Source: Gammaproteobacteria bacterium
GTDB taxonomy: Bacteria > Pseudomonadota > Gammaproteobacteria > Magnimaribacterales > AG-339-G14
Length of the DNA stretch: 64,000 nucleotides
NCBI GenBank assembly: GCA_004213955.1
Contig: SGZL01000001.1
Coordinates: 111,552 to 175,551, forward strand
Reading direction: 5' to 3'
Positions within the stretch are counted from its first letter, which is position 1, and each line of letters starts with the position of its first letter. The notes under the pieces were generated by a model. It was not told the origin of the DNA. It did no database searches and worked only from the letters and a program-made list of their open reading frames with translations. Both the position numbers and the translations under genes were made by a program. Shown here one piece after another: positions 29,355 to 39,505 of this stretch.

Positions 29355-30383
29355 ATGACAACAAAAAATACCAAAAAAGAAGAAATCTCATCAGATAAAT
29401 CAAAAAATTTAACTTCCGCAATAAACCAAATTGAAAGTCAATTTGGCAGTGGAACAATCATGAGAATGGGCGATAAAAAAGTTGAGAAAATTCCCAGCAT
29501 CTCTACTGGCTCTTTAGGATTAGATTTGGCGCTCGGCGTAATGGGTCTTCCGCGAGGAAGAGTGGTTGAAATATTTGGTCCCGAATCATCAGGAAAAACC
29601 ACACTTACACTTCAAGTTATTGCTGAGTGCCAAAAACTTGGAGGGACAGCAGCTTTCATAGATGCTGAACACGCTTTAGATCCTATATATGCTGCAAAAT
29701 TAGGGGTAAAAGTTGATGATTTACTTTTATCACAACCCGACACAGGTGAACAGGCTCTTGAAGTGGCTGATATTATGGTTAAATCTGGCGGTGTAGATGT
29801 TCTCGTAATAGATTCAGTAGCGGCTCTTACACCAAGAGCTGAGATAGAAGGAGAAATGGGCGATCATCACGTTGGCTTACAAGCAAGATTAATGTCTCAA
29901 GCCTTGAGGAAAATAACAGGAAATATTAAAAGATCTAATACTTTAGTAATTTTTATAAACCAAATACGTATGAAAATCGGAGTAATGTTTGGTAATCCAG
30001 AGACAACATCTGGCGGGAATGCATTGAAATTCTATTCATCCGTAAGATTAGATATAAGGAGAATAGGAACAGTTAAGGATGGAGATGAGGTAAGCGGGAA
30101 CGAAACAAGAGTCAAAGTGGTTAAAAATAAAGTTGCACCTCCATTTAGACAAGCGGAATTTCAGATTTTATATGGCAAGGGTATTAATAAAGCAGGTGAG
30201 TTATTAGATATTGGTGCAGAACAGAAAATTGTTGATAAATCTGGGGCTTGGTACTCATACAATGATGAAAAAATTGGCCAAGGAAAAGTTAATTCGAGTG
30301 AGTTTTTAAAACAAAATCCAAAAATAATGAAGGAAATTGAGGATAAAATTTACAAGGCCATCAAAGAAGCTGAAACAAAATAA
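29355..30383 (+). CDS. recA: Recombinase RecA
   Basis: GPESSGKTT Walker A. Full-length RecA, 342 aa. Confidence 0.98.
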   Translation: MTTKNTKKEEISSDKSKNLTSAINQIESQFGSGTIMRMGDKKVEKIPSISTGSLGLDLALGVMGLPRGRVVEIFGPESSGKTTLTLQVIAECQKLGGTAAFIDAEHALDPIYAAKLGVKVDDLLLSQPDTGEQALEVADIMVKSGGVDVLVIDSVAALTPRAEIEGEMGDHHVGLQARLMSQALRKITGNIKRSNTLVIFINQIRMKIGVMFGNPETTSGGNALKFYSSVRLDIRRIGTVKDGDEVSGNETRVKVVKNKVAPPFRQAEFQILYGKGINKAGELLDIGAEQKIVDKSGAWYSYNDEKIGQGKVNSSEFLKQNPKIMKEIEDKIYKAIKEAETK

Positions 30384-30385
30384 AT

Positions 30386-31648
30386 TTAACTTTTAAATTT
30401 ATTAATAATTTCATTAAGTTTTAAAACCTCTTTCTGTTGATCAATCCTTTTGATTAATTCAACAGTCTGATTGTCGGCTGTCTTTTCTCCCATAACTAAC
30501 TGATAGGGAACACCCATTAAATTTGCATCCCTAAATTTAACCCCAGGGTTTAAATCTCTATCATCAAAAAAAACTTCAATGTCATTTTTTTTGAGTTCAA
30601 GATAAAGTTTTTCTGCCTCTGAATTTAACTGTGGATTATCTCTTTGATTAATCAAAATTATGTAACATTGAAATGGGGAGATTGACTCAGGAAATAATAT
30701 TCCGTCGTCATCAAAATTTTGTTCAATTGCAGCTGCAACTATTCTAGAAACACCAATTCCATAACAACCCATAAATATTTCTTGTAAAACATTATTTACC
30801 TGAACAGTTAATCCCATTGATTTACTGTATTTAGTTCCTAATTGAAATATGTGACCAACTTCAATTCCTTTTTTTAAACTAAGATTTCCATTTCCGTCTG
30901 GACTAGGCATTCCACTTATCTTCTTAGGATCTTTTTCATCTAGAAGCTCAATATTAATTGCAAAATCACTTTTATTACTAAATGCTAATGTGTCTTCTCC
31001 CGAATCAGCCAAGACGTGAAATTCTTCAGATTTATCGCCTCCGATTGATCCTGAATCAGCTGAAACAATTCTGTAATCTAGTCCAATTTTATCAAAGATA
31101 TTTTTATAAACATTTTTTATATTAGAGTAAGTTTCATGCATTGAAGTCTCGTCTATATCAAATGAATATGCGTCTTTCATTAAAAATTCTCTTGCTCTCA
31201 TAACTCCAAATCTTGGTCTAATTTCGTCTCTGAATTTGTCTTTTATTTGATAAAAGATCTTAGGAAGATCTTTTAGACTTGAAATTTCTTTTTTTGCTAT
31301 CTCGGTAATTATTTCTTCATGTGTTGGCCCTAAATAAAAATCTCTTTTATTTCTATCTTTAAATCCAAGTAATTCAGGGCCATATTCTTTAGATCTTCCT
31401 GATTGGTCCCATAAATCTTTAGGTTGGACTAAAGGCATAATAATTTCCAAGCAATTCCCCCGATTGAGTTCTTCCCTAATTATATTTTCAACTTTTTTTA
31501 ATATTAAAGTTCCTAAGGGAAGCCAAGTATAAATCCCTGAAGCAATAGGTTTTATCATATTCGCTCTAATCATTAATTTATGACTTATCAATTCTGCATC
31601 AGAAGGCGTGTCCCTAAGAGTTTTGAAATGATATAAAGAAGCTTTCAT
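30386..31648 (-). CDS. proS: Proline--tRNA ligase, bacterial type, lacking the INS editing domain
   Basis: 420 aa, collinear with E. coli ProRS. The exception is roughly 175 residues between ...ANIEL and ...SPDG..L..K.GIEVGHIFQLG, replaced here by about 13 residues (LDEKDPKKISGMP). Confidence 0.92.
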   Translation of the reverse strand: MKASLYHFKTLRDTPSDAELISHKLMIRANMIKPIASGIYTWLPLGTLILKKVENIIREELNRGNCLEIIMPLVQPKDLWDQSGRSKEYGPELLGFKDRNKRDFYLGPTHEEIITEIAKKEISSLKDLPKIFYQIKDKFRDEIRPRFGVMRAREFLMKDAYSFDIDETSMHETYSNIKNVYKNIFDKIGLDYRIVSADSGSIGGDKSEEFHVLADSGEDTLAFSNKSDFAINIELLDEKDPKKISGMPSPDGNGNLSLKKGIEVGHIFQLGTKYSKSMGLTVQVNNVLQEIFMGCYGIGVSRIVAAAIEQNFDDDGILFPESISPFQCYIILINQRDNPQLNSEAEKLYLELKKNDIEVFFDDRDLNPGVKFRDANLMGVPYQLVMGEKTADNQTVELIKRIDQQKEVLKLNEIINKFKS

Positions 31649-31719
31649 GGAAAAAATAATTTATGATTCAATATATTTTGCCTTAATTTTATTTAATTTG
31701 TTAAATAACGAGAAGAATT

Positions 31720-32004
31720 ATGCCAATTTATGAATTTCAATGTCTAAAATGTAATAAGAAGTTTGAAAAAATACTAAGTATTTCTGAGTCTAATAAGAAA
31801 GTTAAATGCGACTGTAGCGAAAAAGCTGTGGCCAAAAGAGTAGTTTCAGCTCCAAGTTTTAGATTAGATGGAAAGGGTTGGTACGAAACAGATTTTAAAA
31901 CTGGAACAAAGAAAAATTTAGTACAATCTAAAGATCCTAAATCATTAAACAAAGAACAAAAAAATAAACCTGTTAAAAAAAAACAACCAGAATCTAAAAC
32001 TTAA
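31720..32004 (+). CDS. FmdB-family zinc-ribbon protein
   Basis: MPIYEFQCLKCNKKFE ... KCDCS (CxxC + CxC). Lys-rich tail. Confidence 0.75.
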   Translation: MPIYEFQCLKCNKKFEKILSISESNKKVKCDCSEKAVAKRVVSAPSFRLDGKGWYETDFKTGTKKNLVQSKDPKSLNKEQKNKPVKKKQPESKT

Positions 32005-33768
32005 ATGAACTCAAAAATTTTCAATCTCTCTAATTTAGACGAGGGAAAAACTGTAACCGTATATGGCTGGGTAGAAAAAGTAAGAGATCATGGAGGAGTA
32101 ATTTTCCTAGATTTGAGAAAAGATCTTGAAATTATCCAAGTTGTAATTGAACCGAGTGAAAAAGAAATATTCTCTGTTGCTGAAAATATTAAAAATGAAT
32201 TTGTAATTGAAGTATCTGGTCTTGTAAGAAAAAGACCAAAGGGCACTGAAAATATAAAAATGAGTACAGGAGAAGTAGAGGTTTGTGCAAACAAACTCAA
32301 TATTTTTTCTAAAAGCAAACCCTTGCCGTTTCAACTAGATGAATACTCAAATGCAGGGGAAGAAATAAGGCTGAAGTACAGATATTTAGATTTAAGAAGG
32401 CCAGAAATGCATGAAAATCTTATTATGCGCTCAGAGGTAAGTAATTCAGTAAGAAATTTTTTGGTTAATAAGGGATTTATTGACATAGATACTCCTATGA
32501 TGACCAAAGCGACGCCTGAAGGTGCAAGAGATTTTTTAATACCCAGTAGAGTAAATAAAGGAAAATTCTACGCGCTTCCCCAATCACCACAATTATTTAA
32601 GCAATTATTGATGGTAAGTGGTTTTAGTAAATATTTTCAAATAGCGAAATGTTTTAGAGATGAAGATACTAGAAAAGACAGACAACCCGAATTTACTCAA
32701 ATTGACATCGAGATGTCTTTCACTAGTTGTGAAGAAATAATGAATATTTCTGAAAATCTAATTATCGAATTATTTAAAAATATATTAAATGTTGATCTTA
32801 AAAGATTTCCTAAAATTACCCACAAAGAATCAATGGAAAAATATGGTACAGACAAACCTGACTTAAGAAATCCAATTATTCTTCATGATGTTAAGGACTT
32901 ATTTTTAGATTCTGATTTTAAGGTTTTCAAAGATCCTGCGAATGATAAAAAATCAAAACTTGTAGCGATGAAACTTAAGAAAGATATTAGTAGGGGTCAA
33001 ATTGATGAATATACGAAATATGTAGGAAATTTTGGAGCCAAGGGTTTGGCTTATATAAAAGTAAATGATGTATCTGATTTAAAAAAAGGTCTGCAATCAC
33101 CAATTGTTAAATTTTTATCTGAAAAAGAATTAGAAAGCTTGGTCAAAAAATTAGACTTAAAAAATGGAGAGGTAGTTTTTTTTGGAGCCGGAAACAAAAA
33201 AATTGTTTTTGATTCAATGGGAGCTTTAAGACAAAAACTAGCAGAAGACTTTGATTTGATCGATAAAACTTCTTGGAAGCCACTTTGGATTACAGATTTT
33301 CCTATGTTTGATGAAACTCTTGAGGGAGCATTAACCCCTAGTCATCATCCTTTTACAAAATCATTAAGTACTTTGGATTTACTAGAAAAGTCTCCCCATC
33401 AAGCCATATCGGAGGCGTATGATTTAGTTTTGAACGGGTTTGAACTAGGAGGAGGTTCTATGCGTATTCATGACGCAGAAGAACAAAGAAAAATATTCTC
33501 TATTTTAGGTATTAGTGATGAAGAGGCCAAACAAAAATTTGGTTTTTTTCTTGAAGCTCTTGAATACGGATGTCCTCCTCATGGAGGGATAGCTTTTGGT
33601 TTGGATAGAATCGTAATGCTAATGGCTAATGAAGATTCTATTCGAGATGTAATAGCTTTTCCTAAAACTCAGTCAGCACTGTGTTTAATGACAGAAGCTC
33701 CTGACAAAATTTCAAACGCTGAGTTAGAAGATCTATCAATAAAATCCACTTTTGAGGAGATTGAGTAA
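32005..33768 (+). CDS. aspS: Aspartate--tRNA ligase
   Basis: FRDEDTRKDRQPEFTQID and GGGSMRIH class II motifs. 587 aa. Confidence 0.97.
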   Translation: MNSKIFNLSNLDEGKTVTVYGWVEKVRDHGGVIFLDLRKDLEIIQVVIEPSEKEIFSVAENIKNEFVIEVSGLVRKRPKGTENIKMSTGEVEVCANKLNIFSKSKPLPFQLDEYSNAGEEIRLKYRYLDLRRPEMHENLIMRSEVSNSVRNFLVNKGFIDIDTPMMTKATPEGARDFLIPSRVNKGKFYALPQSPQLFKQLLMVSGFSKYFQIAKCFRDEDTRKDRQPEFTQIDIEMSFTSCEEIMNISENLIIELFKNILNVDLKRFPKITHKESMEKYGTDKPDLRNPIILHDVKDLFLDSDFKVFKDPANDKKSKLVAMKLKKDISRGQIDEYTKYVGNFGAKGLAYIKVNDVSDLKKGLQSPIVKFLSEKELESLVKKLDLKNGEVVFFGAGNKKIVFDSMGALRQKLAEDFDLIDKTSWKPLWITDFPMFDETLEGALTPSHHPFTKSLSTLDLLEKSPHQAISEAYDLVLNGFELGGGSMRIHDAEEQRKIFSILGISDEEAKQKFGFFLEALEYGCPPHGGIAFGLDRIVMLMANEDSIRDVIAFPKTQSALCLMTEAPDKISNAELEDLSIKSTFEEIE

Positions 33769-34494
33769 ATGGCAGGTCATTCTAAATGGGCAAATATTAA
33801 ACATAGAAAAGGCAGACAGGATGAAAAAAAACAAAAGATTTTTTCAAAGCTAATTAGAGAGATTACGGTTGCGTCTAAATTAGGAGGAGCCGAAGCGTCT
33901 GATAATCCGAGATTAAGGTTAGCGCTAGATAAAGCCTTAGGTGCAAATATGCCCAAAGATACAATAGAGAGAGCCATTTCTAGAGGCGCAGGAGATTCAG
34001 ATTCAGGAAATTTAGAAGAAATAACTTATGAAGGCTACGGCCCTAATGGAGTAGCTATTTTAATAGAAGCAATGTCAGATAATAAAAATAGGACCGTTGC
34101 GGAAGTAAGACATGCGTTTTCTAAGTGTGGTGGAAGTTTAGGAACTGACGGATCAGTTTCTTATTTATTTTTAAAAAAAGGACAAATAATTGTAAAAGAA
34201 TCTAACCAGGAAAAATTATTAGAATTACTTATTTCTGAAGGAATAGAAGACATCGAATCTTCCAATGAAGATTTAACTTTAATATTTACAGAGCCTAATA
34301 ATATTCATAATGTAAAAAATGTTTTACTAAAAGAAAATATAGAAATCATAGAGGCTGAAATGATCATGGATTCTAGTCAAAATGTTCAATTAAACTCCGA
34401 GGATACAGAAAAAGTTCTAAAATTATTAGACAATCTAGAAGATTTAGATGATGTTCAAAATGTATTTTCAAATGCAGAATTTTTTCTCGATTAG
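33769..34494 (+). CDS. yebC: YebC/PmpR-family transcriptional regulator
   Basis: MAGHSKWANIKHRKGRQD N-terminus. Confidence 0.95.
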   Translation: MAGHSKWANIKHRKGRQDEKKQKIFSKLIREITVASKLGGAEASDNPRLRLALDKALGANMPKDTIERAISRGAGDSDSGNLEEITYEGYGPNGVAILIEAMSDNKNRTVAEVRHAFSKCGGSLGTDGSVSYLFLKKGQIIVKESNQEKLLELLISEGIEDIESSNEDLTLIFTEPNNIHNVKNVLLKENIEIIEAEMIMDSSQNVQLNSEDTEKVLKLLDNLEDLDDVQNVFSNAEFFLD

Positions 34495-34504
34495 ATAACT
34501 TGAG

Positions 34505-34915
34505 ATGACAAATTCAAGAAATAAAGGTGCTGCATTCGAAAGAGAAATAGCTAAATTAATAAATGAAGAATTTACCTTATCAATTCCTTTAAAAAGAATT
34601 TTAGAACAAACAAGAGAAAAATTTTTACCAGATTTAATTCTAGGTAGGTGGTATCTAGAATGTAAACGTTATGGTCATGGAAATGAACCAATTGAGAAGT
34701 GGTGGGATCAAGTTTTAGAATCAACTAAAGGAGAAGGATTTCCCGCTCTAATTTATAAATTTAATAATAGGCCAATTAAAGTCAGAGTAACACTTCATAG
34801 TGTGAATCCCGAATTAAAAATTAATAATAACAACACATGCGATCTTCTTTGGAAAGACTTTATTTATCTATTAAAAAATTTGTATATTGAAGACATTGAA
34901 ATGCATAGAAAATAA
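34505..34915 (+). CDS. PD-(D/E)XK nuclease resembling Hjc / T7 endonuclease I junction resolvases
   Basis: KGAAFEREIAKLI (E12/E14) plus LPDLILGRWYLECKRYG (D43, E52, K54). Compare T7 endo I TPDFLLPNGIFVETKG and archaeal Hjc KG..ERE...D...ExK. Occupies the slot between yebC and ybgC. Confidence 0.55.
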   Translation: MTNSRNKGAAFEREIAKLINEEFTLSIPLKRILEQTREKFLPDLILGRWYLECKRYGHGNEPIEKWWDQVLESTKGEGFPALIYKFNNRPIKVRVTLHSVNPELKINNNNTCDLLWKDFIYLLKNLYIEDIEMHRK

Positions 34916-34917
34916 AA

Positions 34918-35325
34918 ATGTCTTCATTAAAAATAAGAATTTACTTTGAAGATACTGACGCACAAGGCCTAGTTTATAATTCAAATTATTTAAAATATTT
35001 AGAGAGAGGTCGAACAGAGTTTTTAAGAAATCTAGGCTATGATCAAAAAAAACTTTTGAAAGAAGGATTAATATTTGTAGTAAAGAGAGTAAATTTAGAT
35101 TTTATTAAACCAGCAGAATTAGATGAGGTTATAGAAGTAAAGAGTAAAATTAATATCGTTAAAAAAGTTAGTTTTACTTTTCTTCAAGAAATATTTGATT
35201 CAAATCAAATAAAAATATTAGATGCAAATGTTAAATGTGGATGTTTGGAAGCTAAAAATATGAAACCGTCTAAAATACCTGTTGAGTTAAATCAATCTAT
35301 GAAAGAAAACATTAATGGCATTTGA
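34918..35325 (+). CDS. ybgC: Tol-Pal-associated acyl-CoA thioesterase YbgC
   Basis: YFEDTDAQGLVYNSNYLKYLERGRTEFL 4HBT motif. Lies upstream of tolQ. Confidence 0.9.
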   Translation: MSSLKIRIYFEDTDAQGLVYNSNYLKYLERGRTEFLRNLGYDQKKLLKEGLIFVVKRVNLDFIKPAELDEVIEVKSKINIVKKVSFTFLQEIFDSNQIKILDANVKCGCLEAKNMKPSKIPVELNQSMKENINGI

Positions 35326-35983
35326 ATTAAATCTTTTATCTCTTTTCCTAGAAGCAAGTTTAGTCGTTAAATTGGTTCTTATAATTTTGTTGATCATCTC
35401 TTTTGTTTCTTGGTGGTTCATAATTGAAAATTATATAACCTTTAAAAGGGTCGAAAAAGATATCTTTGAGTTTAATAAACTTTTTTGGAATAAAATTGAT
35501 CTAAACGAAATTTTTTCTAAAGTTTCTAAGAAAGAAAAATTGGTGGGAGTGGAGCAGATTTTCTTTGCAGCTTTCAAAGAATTTAAAGACACCAAATATA
35601 AAATTGTTAATTTTGAATCAATAAAAAAGATCTTAGAAATCTCTATTTCTAGAAACGAAGAAATACTATCAAAAAGACTATCTTTTTTATCTACTGCAGC
35701 CTCTGTAAGCCCTTATATAGGTTTATTTGGGACTGTTTGGGGAATAATGAATGCTTTTGGAGGCTTATCACAGTTAACTCAAGTTTCAATAACAGTCGTA
35801 GCTCCAGGTATATCTGAGGCTTTAATAGCAACAGCTCTAGGTCTTTTTGCCGCTATACCAGCTTTAATTTCTTACAACTGGAATCTAAATAAAATTAATA
35901 CTTTTATTAACGAATATTCTAATTTTTCTGAAGAACTTATTATTATCCTCACTAAAGAAATAGATGAGAACGAGAAATCCTAA
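35315..35983 (+). CDS. tolQ: Tol-Pal system protein TolQ
   Basis: MotA/TolQ/ExbB family, three TM helices. Canonical position. Confidence 0.92.
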   Translation: MAFELNLLSLFLEASLVVKLVLIILLIISFVSWWFIIENYITFKRVEKDIFEFNKLFWNKIDLNEIFSKVSKKEKLVGVEQIFFAAFKEFKDTKYKIVNFESIKKILEISISRNEEILSKRLSFLSTAASVSPYIGLFGTVWGIMNAFGGLSQLTQVSITVVAPGISEALIATALGLFAAIPALISYNWNLNKINTFINEYSNFSEELIIILTKEIDENEKS

Positions 35984-36383
35984 AAAATATTTAGCCGAAA
36001 TTAATGTTATTCCTTATGTGGATATTATGTTGGTTCTTTTATTAATTTTTATGGTAACAGCACCTTTTTTAATTCAAGGAATCAACATTGATCTACCTCA
36101 GGTAGATTCAGCGCCAATAGAAGATTTTGAAAATAATTCTTTAACTATTTCTATCGATTCAACAGGAAATTACTACCTTGAACTTGATTCTTTTAAGAAT
36201 GTACCCATGGACTTGGATACATTGAAATCAGAATTGGTAAAAATTATCCCAAAAAACAAAATTGAAATTTTTATTCGTGCAGATTCTCAGGTCATTTTTA
36301 ACGAAGTAGCTTTGTTGATGTCGTCTTTACAAAAATTAAAGCCAAATTCTATTAATTTTCTTACTGAGCCCAAAGATGATTAA
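35964..36383 (+). CDS. tolR: Tol-Pal system protein TolR
   Basis: ExbD/TolR N-terminus INVIPYVDIMLVLLLIFMV. Canonical position. Confidence 0.9.
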   Translation: MRTRNPKKYLAEINVIPYVDIMLVLLLIFMVTAPFLIQGINIDLPQVDSAPIEDFENNSLTISIDSTGNYYLELDSFKNVPMDLDTLKSELVKIIPKNKIEIFIRADSQVIFNEVALLMSSLQKLKPNSINFLTEPKDD

Positions 36384-36966
36384 TCTATATTTAGGATTTT
36401 TTTTATCCCTTTTAGGACATTCAATAATTTTATTAATGGTTCTTTTAGATTTTTCTATTTTTTTTTCTAATAAGCAAACTTACGAAGTCATTCCTGTTGG
36501 TTTTATATTAGAAAAAAAAGAAAATTATCTTATAAATGAAGTTCAGAAAAATTTTTTTTCTCTCAAAAACTTAGAAAGTAATAATTTCAGGAATGAAAAA
36601 TTTCTTAAATCCAAAGAAAAAATTGATACCAATGATCTTCTAATTTCAGCTAAACAGTCTCTAGAATCTTTAAAAAAGGAAAAATTTAAAGTTACTATTA
36701 ATATCATTCAAAAAAAATTTATTGATTTATGGGATAAGCCTTTTGTTCTTAACGATGATATAAAAGTTTCTATTAAAATAAAGTTAGCTCCCTCTGGAGA
36801 AATTTTATCTAGAACCTTAATTCAATCGAGTGGCGATAATAAATTTGATGATTCAGCAATGAAAGCTGTTGGTAAAATTAGTTTTTTAAAAGAAATATCT
36901 AATTTAAATAGAGAAGATTTTGAAAAGTACTTTAGAGAGGTTAATTTAGTTTTTAAATCAAGATAG
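36376..36966 (+). CDS. tolA: TolA, strongly shortened (196 aa)
   Basis: N-terminal TM anchor, short K/E-rich linker, C-terminal TonB/TolA-like domain. Call rests mainly on position. Confidence 0.65.
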   Translation: MINLYLGFFLSLLGHSIILLMVLLDFSIFFSNKQTYEVIPVGFILEKKENYLINEVQKNFFSLKNLESNNFRNEKFLKSKEKIDTNDLLISAKQSLESLKKEKFKVTINIIQKKFIDLWDKPFVLNDDIKVSIKIKLAPSGEILSRTLIQSSGDNKFDDSAMKAVGKISFLKEISNLNREDFEKYFREVNLVFKSR

Positions 36967-38238
36967 ATGAAGATTTTTTTTATAATTTTAATTTATTGTT
37001 TTAGTTTAAATTTTGAAGCAAAGTTAAAAATTGAAATTATAAAAGGCTCTGAGCAATTGCCCAATATAGCAATTGTTCCTTTCAAAAGTAATCTTGGAAG
37101 AAAGTTTGAATACGATGTCAGAAATCAGATCAATGAAAAGTTAACACTTTTTGGAGAGTTTAACTCCCTTAGATTAGATCAAATGTTGTCTTTTCCTTAT
37201 AACGAAGATAGTTTCTATAGAAGAGATTGGGAGCTTTTATCTATGGACTACGTAGTCTTCGGGGAAGTTTATGAAGAGGCAGAAAATTTAGTCATTTATT
37301 ATTCGGTAGCAGATATAGCTCTTAAAAGAATTATCTTGCGTGGCGACATAATAGGAGATAAAGAAAATATTAAATTAATTACTAAAAAAATTAGCGATAG
37401 AGTTTATGAAAGCATGACAGGTTTAAAAGGAGTTTTTAATACAAAACTTGCATATATATTAAATCCAGAACCAAATAAATATAGTATTTGTATATCAGAT
37501 ATTGATGGAGACAATGAAAATATTTTATTTTCTTCAAATTCTCCTTTAATGTCTCCTGACTGGTCACCAGACGGCAACAAACTTGCTTACGTATCTTTTG
37601 AAAAAGGTTTTGCAGAGATTTTTATTCAAAATTTATTGACAGGCGATAGAGAAACTATTCCAACTCTTGGCATGAGTAAAAGTGCTCCTGTTTGGTCTCC
37701 TGACTCAAAAAATTTAGCATTTGTAATTTCTATGTCGGGAAATCCAGATATTTATAATTATAATTTAAAAACAAAAAAAATTTCTAGATTAACTAGCCAT
37801 TATGGAATTGATACCGAACCAGCCTGGTCACCAGATGGAAAAAGATTATTATTTACCTCTAATAGGTCGGGCAGCCCTCAAATTTTTGAAATTAAAATAT
37901 CAAATAAAAGAATTAAGAGGGTAACTTTGGAAGGCAGTTATAACGCAAGGTCTAGATTTTTCCCTGACGGAAAAAATATAGTTTTTGTTCATGGAAATAA
38001 TGGTTTTTTTCATATCGCCACTAGAAATCTTAAAGATAGATTTATTAATATTATTACTAAAACAACATTAGATGAATCGCCAACAATTTCTCCAAATGGA
38101 CACATAATTATTTATTCAACAAAAAAAGAAAATCAGGGTTATTTAGCTGGCATAACTATTGATAAAAAATCAAAATTTCAATTGCCAGTTAAGAGAGGGT
38201 CCGTTCGAGAACCAGCATGGTCTCCTTTTCTGAACTAA
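36967..38238 (+). CDS. tolB: Tol-Pal system beta-propeller protein TolB
   Basis: Signal peptide. Repeated WSPDG-type propeller motifs (DWSPDG, VWSPDS, AWSPDG). Confidence 0.95.
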   Translation: MKIFFIILIYCFSLNFEAKLKIEIIKGSEQLPNIAIVPFKSNLGRKFEYDVRNQINEKLTLFGEFNSLRLDQMLSFPYNEDSFYRRDWELLSMDYVVFGEVYEEAENLVIYYSVADIALKRIILRGDIIGDKENIKLITKKISDRVYESMTGLKGVFNTKLAYILNPEPNKYSICISDIDGDNENILFSSNSPLMSPDWSPDGNKLAYVSFEKGFAEIFIQNLLTGDRETIPTLGMSKSAPVWSPDSKNLAFVISMSGNPDIYNYNLKTKKISRLTSHYGIDTEPAWSPDGKRLLFTSNRSGSPQIFEIKISNKRIKRVTLEGSYNARSRFFPDGKNIVFVHGNNGFFHIATRNLKDRFINIITKTTLDESPTISPNGHIIIYSTKKENQGYLAGITIDKKSKFQLPVKRGSVREPAWSPFLN

Positions 38239-38295
38239 TAGAGTTTCGATGTGTCTAATAATTAAATATTTAAATTATAATAACTAGGAGATATT

Positions 38296-38760
38296 ATGAA
38301 ATTTTTAAAAGCTTTACCTTTATTTTTATTATTATTTTTAGTGAGTTGTTCTACTCAAGTAAGTGATTCCGTAAGCCAAACAAATTATAAAGAAGTTGAA
38401 GGAATAAACTTCGACGAAAAAGATAAAATCGACACTTCGATAGAAGATAAAGTTTATTTTGATTTCGATAAAAGCACTCTGAATGATGATACAAAGAAAA
38501 TCCTTGCTCAATATGTCTCTGAGTCAGAAAAAGCAAACATCATCAGACTTGAGGGACATTGTGATGAAAGGGGTACTAGAGAATATAATTTAGCCTTGGG
38601 CGAAAAAAGGGCAATTGAAGTTAAAAATTATTTAATTATTCAAGGAGTGTCTTCGTCAAAAATTAAAATTATTAGTTATGGAGAAGAGAAACCTATTAGT
38701 TTTGGCTCAACAGAATCGGATTGGAAACAAAATAGAAGAGTTGAGATTGCTTTATTTTAG
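38296..38760 (+). CDS. pal: Peptidoglycan-associated lipoprotein Pal
   Basis: Lipobox LVSC. OmpA-like C-terminus (GHCDERGTREYNLALGEKRA, NRRVEI). Confidence 0.93.
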   Translation: MKFLKALPLFLLLFLVSCSTQVSDSVSQTNYKEVEGINFDEKDKIDTSIEDKVYFDFDKSTLNDDTKKILAQYVSESEKANIIRLEGHCDERGTREYNLALGEKRAIEVKNYLIIQGVSSSKIKIISYGEEKPISFGSTESDWKQNRRVEIALF

Positions 38761-38775
38761 TTAATTTATAATAAA

Positions 38776-39483
38776 ATGAGTAAATTACTTTTGCCCCTGA
38801 CTTTAATATTTTTTACAGGTAATTTTCTCGCTCAGAGTGAACAAGAATCTTTAGAAATCTTGCTAGATAAATTAAATAAGCTTGAACAAGAAATATCGAA
38901 TCTTTCCAACAATTTAGATCAGAATACTTATGAGCTTCAAAGAATTGAAGATGCCAATCAATTAAGATACATGGATTTAGATAAACGTATTCATCAGCTT
39001 GAGACTTTAATCCTTCTCTCAAGTGAAGAAGATAACCAAGATCAAATCGAGTTAAGCGATCTTGATGAAAATCCTCTATCTGGACTTATAAGCAATGATG
39101 GATCAGAAGAGGAATTTTTATTGTGGTCTAATTCTTTAAAACTTATAGAAAATTCTAGGTATTCTGAAGCTGCTGAAAACCTTAGGTTATTGATTTTATC
39201 TTTTCCTCAGGGAGAATATTCGGTTGAAGCTTACTTTTATTTAGGGGATATTTATTTTCAGCAACAAATGTATCAAGATTCTATTGAGACATTCAATTCA
39301 CTTTTAAATAATTTTCCAGAAAATAAAAGAACCCCAGAGTCTTTTTTCAAATTAGGTTTGAATTTTCTTCAACTTGAAGACAAAACTTCTGCTAGAAGCA
39401 ATTTTAATAATGTTATACAAAATTATCCTGAATCCAGCGCAGCTATTCTTTCAGAGGAAGAATTAGTTAAACTTAATAACTGA
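38776..39483 (+). CDS. cpoB: Cell division coordinator CpoB (YbgF)
   Basis: Signal peptide, coiled coil, C-terminal TPR-like repeats. Canonical position after pal. Confidence 0.8.
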   Translation: MSKLLLPLTLIFFTGNFLAQSEQESLEILLDKLNKLEQEISNLSNNLDQNTYELQRIEDANQLRYMDLDKRIHQLETLILLSSEEDNQDQIELSDLDENPLSGLISNDGSEEEFLLWSNSLKLIENSRYSEAAENLRLLILSFPQGEYSVEAYFYLGDIYFQQQMYQDSIETFNSLLNNFPENKRTPESFFKLGLNFLQLEDKTSARSNFNNVIQNYPESSAAILSEEELVKLNN

Positions 39484-39485
39484 TT

Positions 39486-39494
39486 TGATATAAT
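39486..39494 (+). promoter_or_regulatory. Extended -10 promoter element for tRNA-Lys (and probably crcB-hinT)
   Basis: TGATATAAT matches TGnTATAAT exactly. It lies 12 nt upstream of tRNA position 1 and starts just after the cpoB stop codon. Confidence 0.45.
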
Positions 39495-39505
39495 CCTTTC
39501 ACTTT

